Assembly (NCBI GenBank): GCA_950097015.1
Contig: CATNEN010000003.1
Span: forward strand, 7,688,001-7,752,000
From: Macrostomum hystrix
Lineage: Eukaryota > Animalia > Platyhelminthes
Reading direction: 5' to 3'
DNA: 64,000 bases
Shown: piece by piece, positions 1-12,000 of the stretch
Numbering within the stretch: the first letter of the stretch is position 1
Layout of the letters: each line of letters opens with the position of its first letter
The notes under the pieces: generated by a model
Databases searched by the model: none
Seen by the model: the letters and a program-made list of their open reading frames with translations, nothing else
Told to the model about the DNA's origin: nothing
Position numbers and translations under genes: made by a program

Positions 1-3000
1 GGCTGCTTTGTACAACTGCCTTCTGGCTATCGCGGCTTGGCGCCAATCAGAGCGTTGGCTAGCGAACATCCGCCATTTCCACTGAAGGATCTGTTTAGTA
101 CCGGCCAGACTGTTGTTGCTAAGGTATGGGTGTGGGTCTGTGGGATCATAATGTTTTTCCCCTTGACAATTCTCCATTCCCCCCTTTGACGATTCTTCAT
201 TCCCCCCTTTGATAATTCTCCACTCTCCCCCTTTGACAATTCTGCATTCTTACACTTTGCCAATTTTCCACTCTTCCTCCACTCTTCCCTGACAATTTTG
301 CATTCTTCGACAATTCTCCACTCTCCCCATTTGAAAATTCTCCACTCTCCCCCTTTGACAATTCTCCACTCTCCCCCTCTGACAATTCTCCACTCTTCCC
401 CTCTGACAATTCTCCACTCTTCCACTCTGACAATTCTCCACTCTCCCCATTTGACAATTCTCCACTCTCCCCATTTGACAATTCTCCACTCTCCCCATTT
501 GACAATTCTCCACTCTCCCCATTTTACAATTCTCCACTCTCCCCATTTGACAATTCTCCACTCTCCCCATTTGACAATTCTCCACTCTCCCCATTTGACA
601 ATTCTCCACTCTTCCAATTTGACAATTTTCCACTCCCCCTTTGACAATTCTCCATTCTTCCACGTCGACAGTTCTCCACTCTTCCACTTCGACAATTCTG
701 CACTACGTCCCCTTCGACGATTCTTCACTCTTCTACTTTGACAATTCTCAACTCTCCCTGACAATTATCCACTCTCTCCCTTTGAAAATTCTCCACTCTT
801 CCCCTTTGACAACTCTACAATCTTCCCTATGAGAATTCTCCACTCTTCGCCTTTGAGAGTTCTCTACTCTTCCCCTTTAAGAATTATTTTATATCATCCT
901 TTCACATTGCTCCACTCTTCCCCTGGTGAATTAGCCTCTAACATGGTTTTTAGCTATTAAATAAGTTTTTAACGAACCTTGTCAGGTGTTGGAAAAGAAC
1001 GCCGAGAAGCGTCGCTGCCTGTTGTCCCTGCGAGTTCGCGACTGCGTTCGTCCTTCAAAAGATCTGGACGATTCCCTGCTTCTATTAGAAGACACTCTGC
1101 GACTGTTAGATTCTGGCGGATTGTGTCCTAACGACTTACTGCCTGGTCGTCTAGTTCGAGTTGTGGCCACTGCCGACGGTGGTGACAGCGGAGCTAGAAG
1201 TTTTCGTCTACTTGATGGCAAGACCAAGGTACTAGATGCACTCTTGCATTTCTTGTGCACTCTTATCGCAGTCCTGCACTCTTATAGAACTTTTAGCACT
1301 TTTCTTATAGCACTTTTTAGTACTCATGTACTTTTATAGTTCTCTTGCACTTTTTTACTACTGCTGCACTTTTTAGTACTCTTGCACTTTTTAGTACTCA
1401 TGCACTATTATAGTACTTCTGTAATTTTTAAGTATTCCTGCACTCTTGCTCTTTTAAGTACTAATGTACTTTTATAGTACTCTTGCACTTACTACTGCTG
1501 CACTTTTATAGTACTCTTGCACTTTTTAGTACTCGTGCACTATTATAGTGCTCCTGTACTTTTTAAGTATTCCTGCACTCTTGCACTATTATAATGCTCA
1601 TTCTCGTGTACTTTTGTAGTACTCGCAGTTCTTGTTTTCGCAAATTCATAGTTTTTATATATATCAACACCAATTGCTCAGGCGCAAAAGTACACGTGCA
1701 AGGCCGACGCCAATCATTTGTTGGGCGCTGATTGCGCAGCCGGCAGTCGTCACACAGCCCTGGTGCTGTCTGTCAACCCCGTTGAAAAAATAGTCAGCGT
1801 ATGCCTAAGACCCGATCTACTTAGCCAACTAGCTGCTGCCCAGTCTACCGCCCGTGTTGCCGACGTGTCTCCGGGTGAAGCCTACTCTGCCGAGGTGCTC
1901 TACGCTGGAGCCGATTATCGCATGCTGGCACTGAGACTGGGGCCAACCACACAACAGGTGGCCTTTCTGCCAGCTAGAAGAGTGAGTCTGCTTGCTTTTT
2001 AATCTGACATTCTTATCTCTATCCGTGTTTAGCAATCTATCGACAATCTAACCTTCTAGTATCTACCCCTTTCACCTGACTTTCTCCTCTCTACCCCATT
2101 ACCCACCTTTCTATCCACCCATTTACCTACTTTTCTATCTACCCATTGATCTACCTTTCTCTCTACCAATTAGGCTACCCTTCTCTCTACCAATTAGGCT
2201 ACCTTTATCTTTACCAATTAGGCTACCTTGCTCTCTGCCAATTAGGCTACCTTGCTCTCTACCACTTAGGCTACCTTGCTATCTAACAATTAGGCTACCT
2301 TGCTCTCTACCACTTAGGCTACCTTGCTATCTAACAATTAGGCTACCTTGCTCTCTACCAATTAGGCTACCTTGCTATCTACCAATTAGGCTACCTTGCT
2401 CTCTACCACTTAGGCTACCTTGCTCTCTACCACTTAGGCTACCTTGCTATCTACCCATTGACCTACCTTTCTCCCTAACACTAGACTTCCTCTTTTTCTC
2501 CTTGACCTACCTCTTAAAAGTTTGTGTCATTTTCTGAACACTGTCCTAACTTAAATTGAATTTTAATTTGTTCATTTGTCTATCGTTTTATTTAATAACT
2601 CTCTGTTCTATTCTGCTATTCTGTTTTGTTAATAAAAATCGAATCTAATGTTCATCCTAACAGCACTGGAACGAGTCATATTCAGCTTGTAGTCCAACAG
2701 TTGGCTCTCAAATAAAAGTAGTTGTCCAACGTATCATTCGCGGCGGCGGCAGCTGCGAGACCGGTGGCCAATCAGCAGCAACAACAGCAGCAGCAGATAC
2801 AGGCGTTGGTTTGTATCGTTTAACAGCACTGCAATCTGAATACTCTAAAGCTGAAGGATTTCGCCATCTCGCCCCATCGTCTGTGGGCAATGGAACTGTT
2901 GCTAAGACGGGGCCAGCACTGTCTAAACGAAACGTTGTCATTGGCGAGGCTTTTGTTGTGCGGTGAGAGACTTTCTTACTACTTCTTAAAGTAGGTATTA

Positions 3001-6000
3001 GTTTCTCACGATCTTATATCTAGACCAACCGACTTTGAACCCATTGTAGAGTTGTGGCCATCACTAACTGCCAGTTGAATGTCGAAGATCTGCATTCGCG
3101 CACTAAAGGCCGAATCTTTATCACCGAATTGACTGATTCACCTCAGCAGATGATCAATCCGTTGACAGCTTTCAGTGTTGGCCAGGAGCTGCTGGCTAGA
3201 GTGGTCGGAATTAGGCCTGACCGCATTCACGAAGAGTAAGTAGTCTTGTCACGAAATTCTTATTTAACATTTGACTCACTAGATGATTGTTGATTGACAT
3301 TTGAGTCACTAGATGATTGTTGATTGACATTTGAGTCACTAGATGATTGTTGATTGACATTTGAGTCACTAGATGATTGTTGATTGACATTTGAGTCACT
3401 AGATGATTGTTGATTGACATTTGACTCAGGAGATGATTTTTGATTGACATTTGACTCACTAGATGATTGTTAATTGACATTTGACTCACTAGATGATTGT
3501 TGATTGACATTTGACTCACTAGATGATTGTTGATTGACATTTGACTCACTAGATGATTGTTGATTGACATTTGAGTCACTAGATGATTGTTGATTGACAT
3601 TTGACTCACTAGATGATTGTTGATTGACATTTGAGTCACTAGATGATTGTTGATTGACATTTGAGTCACTAGATGATTGTTGATTGACATTTGACTCAGG
3701 AGATGATTTTTGATTGACGTTTGACTCACGAGATGATTGTTGATTGACATTTGACTCAGGAGATGATTTTTGATTGACGTTTGACTCACGAGATGATTGT
3801 TGATTGACATTTGACTCACTAGATCAGTATTGATTGACATTTGACTCACTAGATCAGTATTGATTGACATTGGACTCACTAGATCAGCATTGATTGACAT
3901 TTGAGTCACTAGATGATTGTTGATTGACATTTGACTCAGGAGATGATTTTTGATTGACGTTTGACTCACGAGATGATTGTTGATTGACATCCCGGTTGCC
4001 AAACCAAAGGGCTTTTTTCATGCAAGTATGGGCTTTTCAGTGGGCCAACAGTGGGCCAGTGCCTTTTAGCCCAATTTGCGGGCTTTTTGCCCAGTTTCGG
4101 CCCACATATAGATGGGCCAACAAGTGGCCCACATAGGCCCATTAAGAGCCCATTAATAATTGGCCCATATAACGAGCCGAATGTCCAATTCAGCCCACTT
4201 TCGGCCCACTATTGTGACCCAAGAATGCTGGCCCATATTGGCCCACATGCGCTGGCCCATATTGGCCCACATATGCTGACCCAGATTGGCTCACATATAC
4301 TGGCCCATATTGGCCCACATATACTGCCACATATACTGGCCCATATTGGCCCACATATACTGCCACATATACTGGCCCATATTGGCCCACATATACTGGC
4401 CCATATACTGGCCCATATTGGCCCACATATACTGCCACATATACTGGCCCATATTGGCCCACATATACTGGCCCATATTGGCCCACATATACTGCCACAT
4501 ATACTGGCCCATATTGGCCCACATATACTGCCACATATACTGGCCCATATTGGCCCACATATACTGGCCCATATTGGCCCACATATACTGGCCCATATTG
4601 GCCCACATATACTGGCCCATATTGGCCCACATATACTGCCACATATACTGGCCCATATTGGCCCACATATACTGGCCCATATTGGCCCACATATACTGCC
4701 ACATATACTGGCCCATATTGGCCCACATATACTGCCACATATACTGGCCCATATTGGCCCACATATACTGGCCCATATTGGCCCACATATACTGGCCCAT
4801 ATTGGCCCACATATACTGGCCCATATTGGCCCACATATACTGGCCCATATTGGCCCACATATACTGCCACATATACTGGCCCATATTGGCCCACATATAC
4901 TGGCCCATATTGGCTCACATATGCTGGCCCATATTGGCCCACATGCGCTGGCCCATATTGGCCCACATATACTGGCCCATATTGGCCCACATATACTGGC
5001 CCATATTGGCCCACATATACTGGCCCATATTGGCCCACATATACTGGCCCATATTGGCCCACATATACTGGCCCATATTGGCTCACATATGCTGGCCCAT
5101 ATTGGCCCACATATACTGGCCCATATTGGCCCACATATACTGGCCCATATTGGCCCACATATACTGGCCCATATTGGCCCACATATGCTGGCCCATATTG
5201 GCCCACATATACTGGCCCATATTGGCCCACATATACTGGCCCATATTGGCCCACATATACTGGCCCATATTGGCCCACATATACTGGCCCATATTGGCTC
5301 ACATATGCTGGCCCATATTGGCCCACATATACTGGCCCATATTGGCCCACATACGCTGGCCCATATTGGCCCACATATACTGGCCCATATTGGCTCACAT
5401 ATGCTGGCCCATATTGGCCCACATATACTGGCCCATATTGGCTCACATATGCTGGCCCATATTGGCCCACATATACTGGCCCATATTGGCTCACATATGC
5501 TGGCCCATATTGGCTCACATATGCTGGCCCATATTGGCCCACATATACTGGCCCATATTGGCTCACATATGCTGGCCCATATTGGCCCACATATACTGGC
5601 CCATATTGGCTCACATATGCTGGCCCATATTGGCCCACATATACTGGCCCATATTGGCTCATGCAAAAGGATTTAAATAGCCAATGCGTATGCTTGTCAA
5701 TGGCTAGATAAATGGATTGTTTTTTCACTAGCATTCGAATACGTTTTTTATGACTTTAAAGTCCAAGTTGCACAGCGCAAATGATGTAACTTTGTTTAAT
5801 ATCACAATGAAATATAAGCCAAGGCCACGGCTAAGCAGCAGAAGGCCTCCGAAAAAGCGGCTCAGACGGCCAAGCCAAGGAAACCCGCTGTACGCAAGAA
5901 TGTCGACTTGGACGCCAACAGCAACTTCGGCCACGCAGACCACACAGACCAGCTGAAGAGGTCTGCAGCTGCAATTGATGAGTGCAGCGCTGAATCCAAG

Positions 6001-9000
6001 CGGGTCCGGTGCACGGAAGACCCACTGCCGCCGAGCGCATCAGCTGCTGCAGACGTAACTGACGAGGATGGTCAACAGAACCGAAAAGCTAAACGGTTTC
6101 CGCTACAGCAGCGGAAGATTCCGCCTGCTGATGCTTCCGCTAGTCCAGTTGCCATCGCTGCGCCTGCTATCCAGAGTGACAGCTTCTGGGTAGTCACTTA
6201 CTGCTCTTCAAATTCTCTGCAGGTGAGCGAATCTGAAATTTTAGCATCCCTACATGCAGATGCAGATGTACGTGTGCAGTATACCGACATGTCGATATCA
6301 TGATCGGATTCCACGATCCCACTTGAATGCCACTGATCTACATTCTCAGGTTGTGAGCGCAAAAAACATTGTCTCGCCGGCCGTACCTGCCCAACGAGCT
6401 ATCGGCGCGGCGGTTGATGTCGTCACGGGACGCAGCATTGGCGCCAAAAAGCATCGCGCTTTTATTACCGCAGGCCCCTTTCGAATACGAAAGGATGCAA
6501 CGTCTGCCATGGGCCGCATCGTGCACCAGGCTTCCACCGCCGCTTCGTCGTCAACAGGCCGCCCTAATTCGAGTAATCGAAGCGTCCTTAGCACGACGAC
6601 AATTAATGTGCCAGACGGTGACTGCGTACGCTGCAGAAATCTGGAAGTTGAGTGTCACAAGCTCCGCAGCGGCGTTCAGGATGCCCAGAAGCGAACAGAC
6701 GCAGAAATTGAAACAAACAGGCGCCTAAATGATGAGCTTGAGGCTCTCAAAAATCTGAACGAGACTCTGATTCAAGATCTCAAAGATAGAGACGCCGTAA
6801 TAACCCAGAATCACGACTTACTGGCTGACTACGACACTCGCCTACAGACTGCCGTTGATTTCAACGAGCGTTTGACGAACGCTATACGCACCCTGGGCCG
6901 CAGTACACTGCAGGCCGACAGAGTTGCCCGACTTATGGTCGACTCAGGCAAGCAGGCGTTGCAATATGGCCACGAACTATTGAGGCAGTTAAACGCCACA
7001 TGGGAAGCACTACCCAACAGTATAATGGCGCATTCAACCGGAGGGCCTGCTGTGTCTGCAGATAGCAACTGTGTTGGTTCTGATGTACTTCCGTCAGATA
7101 CCCACGACGCTACAGTTTTGCCGTCTAGCATCGACTCCAGCACCGACGATGCCGGCAGATCTTCATTTGTGTGCCAGCTGGGCATCTCAGCGGCAATAGA
7201 TTCAATGGGACTATCGCGATCGTCAGCTGCTCAGCGGACAGCCGCTCATGCCATCGCGGATGCCGATGTCCTTGTGCCCTTAGTAAGCAGCATCCCTACT
7301 GTGACGGTTTCCACCACTAAGCTAAACAAAATTGAGGCCGCCGTCAGCGCATACAAGGCGGCGGATACCAGCCAAAAGCTGCGCGGCACGATGCTCCGCA
7401 CACTTTTCCGAGGCGTCCTGACTGTTGCCGACTTCAGTGGCTCTTCCTGGGAAGGGCGCCAGAGCAAAAAATCAAACAAGCCAAACAGGCCGGGATTGGA
7501 CGAGACGAAAAAGCGGGCCATCCGAGCTTATCTACTAGAGAAAAAATTGGACGTAAGCTGTACACTAACTGTTTCTTTTTCTTTTTCTTTTCTTTAGTAC
7601 ATAATATTATGTGCATTGCTGTTCTACACTAGTTGTACTACTATTTTGGGCGATTTAGTGCAGCGTCATGTCTACAGCATCGGAATACATTGTATATAAA
7701 CTGTTAGAATATTAGTTTTTCATTACTTCACTTTCTTCGTTCTCACACAGACCAAACGCTTGCCGGATACTCTACTGGGCAGCGTTTTCAGGCGCACGGC
7801 CCGTACGCAGAGGGGACTGCAGACCGTTACCGCCGCCGATGTCCCGACTGCCGCGGCAGCTGGTGCCTCCGTTGTCGGCGACAACGCTGGCGCCGCAGCT
7901 ACTGCCACTGTTGCCGCCGGAGCCGGCGAAAACGATGCCGCCGATATCGATCCTTAAGCGATTGTTCCCCGCAGTGATTTTGTAACTGATTTGTTCGTCT
8001 TGAAGGTTTCAAAGTGATAAAGTATCGATTAAGGGTTGAAGGTACTCGATCCCGAGTATATATATATATCCCAATCCCGATCCCGATCCCGAGAATATAT
8101 ATGATGATGATGCGGCGATGATGGGTCTGAGACCCAGGGCCCCGGCGAGTGCGGCGATGATGGGTCTGAGGCCGCAGGCCCCAGAGACGGGGTTCGTCGG
8201 CACGCCTTAGGCGGCATATTCGAAGGAAAGACGGCGGCTGAAATTCGAGCGGATTACAATCGGCTTCCAGAGAGAAGCTCCGGGCCGGCCTGTGTGCATG
8301 TCTGCCGACGCAAAGAGGACAGACTGGAGCTCCAGGCGCACTGTTGTCCGGACTGCGAGGCCTGGTTTGCCGATCTGTCGCCTGAGAGTCGAAGAAAGAG
8401 GCTACAGGTGGCCGGCAGGCATCGCAGCAACCAGCCGAAGATTCGAACTGGCGATGCCCAGTTTTGGGCAATCGAGATGCCCCCTACACCCCCTGAAGCG
8501 CCTATCGAAGCTATGAAGTCGTTGCCTCGTCGTAAGCGGCCATTGCGGGATCTGTCAGCTGCTGAAGCGAAGAAGAAAACCTAGACTATAGATGCAGCGG
8601 AGAGTATGTGGTTATGAAAACCAAATGTGTCCTACATGACTGAACCTTTCAGTCAACCAATCAATCCATGCGTTACAATCTTTCTATTAATTTGTTTCCT
8701 ACTTGTATCCTACACATGTTGCTGTGCAAGTTTTGCGCAATACAAGCATTGCTCATTCACAATCCATTCACAATTAGTTACATGGCAAGTAAATATTTAA
8801 GAGGCAAGCCGTATTAAAGAGAAATAGGTACTTGTTTTTTATAGTAATTAGTAATTACTTTGGCCCTATGCGCTATAATATATGGACCAGCCAATATGGG
8901 CCAGCGTATGTGGGCCAATATGGGCCAGTATATGTAGGCCAATATAGGCTGGGATATGTGGCAGTATATGTGGGCCAATATGGGCCAGTATATGTGGCAG

Positions 9001-12000
9001 TATATGTGGGCCAATATGGGCCAGTATATGTGGCAGCATATGTGGGCCAATATGGGCCAGTATATGTGGGCCAATATGGGCCAGTATATGTGGCAGCATA
9101 TGTGGGCCAATATGGGCCAGTATATGTGGGCCAATATGGGCCAGTATATGGGTCAGTATATGTGGGCCAATATGGGCCAGTATATGTGGGCCAATATGGG
9201 CCAGTATATGTGAGCCAATATGGGCCAGCATATGTGGGCCAATATGGGCCAGTATATGTGGGCCAATATGAACCAGCGTATGTGGGCCAATATGGGCCAG
9301 TATATGTGGGCCAATATGGGCCAGCATATGTGGGCCAATATGGGCCAGTATATGTGGGCCAATATGGGCCAGTATATGTGGCAGCATATGTGGGCCAATA
9401 TGGGCCAGTATATGTGGGCCAATATGGGCCAGTATATGTGGCAGTATATGTGGGCCAAAATGGGCCAGTATGTGTGGGCCAATGTGGGCCGGTATATGTG
9501 GCAGTATTTGTGGGCCAATATGGGCCATCAAGGGCCAGTGTATACAAGCCAAAATGGGCCGCCGTGTATGGGCCTGTATGGGCCGCCGTGTACGGGCCTG
9601 TATGGGCCGCCGTGTATGGGCCTGTAAGGGCCGCCGTTTATGGGCCTGTGTGGGCCGCCGTGTACGGGCCTGTACGGGCCTCCGTATGAGCCGCCGTGTG
9701 ACCCGGTGTCTGCCATTAAACACTTTCTGGGTCAGCGTGGGTCAATGTGGGCTTTCTGTGGGCCGCTCAGAACCAAACTTTGGCCCACTAGTGGGCCAAA
9801 AAATGTGGCCCATTCAACTTTTTTTGGCAACCGGGCATTTGACTCACTAGATCAGTGTTGATTGACATTTGACTCACTAGATCAGTATTGATTGACATTT
9901 GACTCACGAGATGATTGTTGATTGACATTTGACTCACTAGATCAGTATTGATTGACATTTGACTCACTAGATCAGTGTTGATTGACATTTGACTCACTAG
10001 ATCAGTATTGATGGACATTTGACTCACTAGATCAGTATTGATTGACATTTGACTCACTAGATCAGTATTGATTGACAATTGACTCACTAGATCAGTATTG
10101 ATTGACAATTGACTCACTAGATCAGTATTGATTGACAATTGAATCACTAGATCAGTATTGATTGACATTTGACTCACTAGATCAGTATTGATTGACAAGT
10201 GACTCACTAGATCAGTATTGATTGACAATTGAATCACTAGATCAGTATTGATTGACATTTGACTCACTAGATCAGTATTGATTGACAAGTGACTCACTAG
10301 ATCAGTATTGATTGACATTTGACTCACTAGATCAGTATTGATTGACAATTGACTCACTAGATCAGTATTGATTGACAATTGACTCACTAGATAAGCATTG
10401 ATTGATATTTGATCAGTAATTATTGAAATTAGTTTGTCTCAAGACTAACCTTCAGCTAGCAAAATCAGTGTAGCCTTGAATTGATATTCTCTTCCTAAAA
10501 CGTCAACCCGCAGTCCGTCGCACCCGTTGGGTGGCAAGCGGTCAAGTCTCTACGAACTGTCAGCTAGGCCATCTGTTCTGGCTAGACCCGGCAATGATTT
10601 CAAAGATCTATTCGACCTGCCGCTTAGCAACCAGTCGGAAATGTGGCTCTACGTTCAACACGCCGATGCTAAATTACGCACGGTGTCCATGTACGCCGCT
10701 ATTAACAAGACTTTATCCGTACCCTATTTGGATGTTAGCAATGATTTAGATCAGTTGGCTAAACTGTCGAAATTCTTGCCGTATGGAGCCGCTATGAAGG
10801 CATGGCCGATATCTTTTGCAAACACAATCGATAATGCTCCTAGCAATGCTGAGGATTTTACCGTCGACTCAATAAAAGGATTACGTGTCACCTGTCTGGG
10901 TCCTGATGCTTGTCTGCCTTTGAAGGTAAACTATTAATATGACTTTTACATAAAACAATAGATCAACTTCATAACAATTTGCGAGAAAATATAGAATTAT
11001 GTGTAATTAAACCTTGAGAAATTACTGTTTTGTAAATCTCTATTCTATTGGTTATGTTAAAGGCTGGGGTCATCGGCCCATTAGTTTGAAAACCGATTTT
11101 TAGAGGGTTTCCCAACTGGATGTTTCTAAAAATAGCACACTAATCGATTTCAAAGTGCTCTTCAAACTACTCTACTAATAGTGGCAGTATAAGTATTTTT
11201 ATTCGATGTTTTTTATTACCAATTTATTTGAGCAATCAGACACCAATCGATACAGAAGTTTCATGCCCATGCGCATGTTAAAAAAGTAGAAAACCGTTTT
11301 TAAAAGGGTTTCCCAATGAATTGTTTCTAAAAATAGCACTACCTAACCTATCGATTTGAAAGTTTCATGACCATTATTAACCCATTTGAAATAATTAAAT
11401 ATTGCTTTTAGCTAAAAGCCTGTAAGGGAGTTTCCCAATCAAATGTTCTAAAAATAGTTACCATAGAATATATTCTTATCGACCAATCAAATTTGAGTGT
11501 AAATACATGAGGTTATATTTGTAAGGGGTTTCTCAGACTAAATATTTCTAAAAATAGCTACAACTAGATTTTCCTAGCTAGCTAACATGTTGAACCCAAT
11601 AAAACAATTGACTCACCGCCCACGCAACTAATCACTAAGGCTGGCGATTGCGTTGCAACCTACGTCACCTCGGCTAGCCAGTTTTTCTACCGAGCCAAAC
11701 TATCAGCTAATCGGTCTGGCCAGTTACACGCCTTAGATATGCACCCGTCTAGGCCTGCCGACATTGCCGACCTATGCAAAGCCGCTGCTCGTTATCACCG
11801 ACTACCGATTGGCACTTCCAATAGGCGCCGAGCTCCATTTATGCTAGCCGAAGTGATTCGTGTCGACGGCAGACTTCATTGGCTTAGACCAGTATTGACT
11901 GACGCGTCTGAATCGAATAGTCTAGCAACAAATGAAGGCGCGAATTCGAATGTTATTCTTGTTGGCTACGTTGCTAGGCAATGCGATCGAGGCCTGGCAG

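Larger units (their letters stand above)
3991..9835 (+). mobile_element. Non-autonomous TIR DNA transposon, CACTA/CMC(EnSpm)-like, 5845 bp
   Basis: Perfect 13-bp TIR CCCGGTTGCCAAA (3991-4003 / 9823-9835). 3-bp TSD CAT (3988-3990 / 9836-9838); removing the element and one CAT restores the host unit GATTGACATTTGACTC. Inverted subterminal repeat arrays. No DDE transposase recognised. The superfamily call is inference. Confidence 0.88.

Noticed and set aside
27-764. Repeat-derived ORFs here and at 3211, 9788, 23311 (5' part), 30515-31125, 38504, 39179-40372, 43975-44792, 45411, 47783 and 48655
   Set aside because: All coincide with intronic or intergenic minisatellites
4051-5734. Long repetitive ORFs (LAHIGPHI, YVGQYGPV, CGPIWASI) and their mirror images at 8832-9723
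   Set aside because: Translations of a stop-free 24-bp repeat that is open in several frames on both strands; not genes
7899-8471. 190-aa minus-strand ORF within the transposon
   Set aside because: Antisense shadow of the GC-rich CtIP-like frame, with no recognisable motifs
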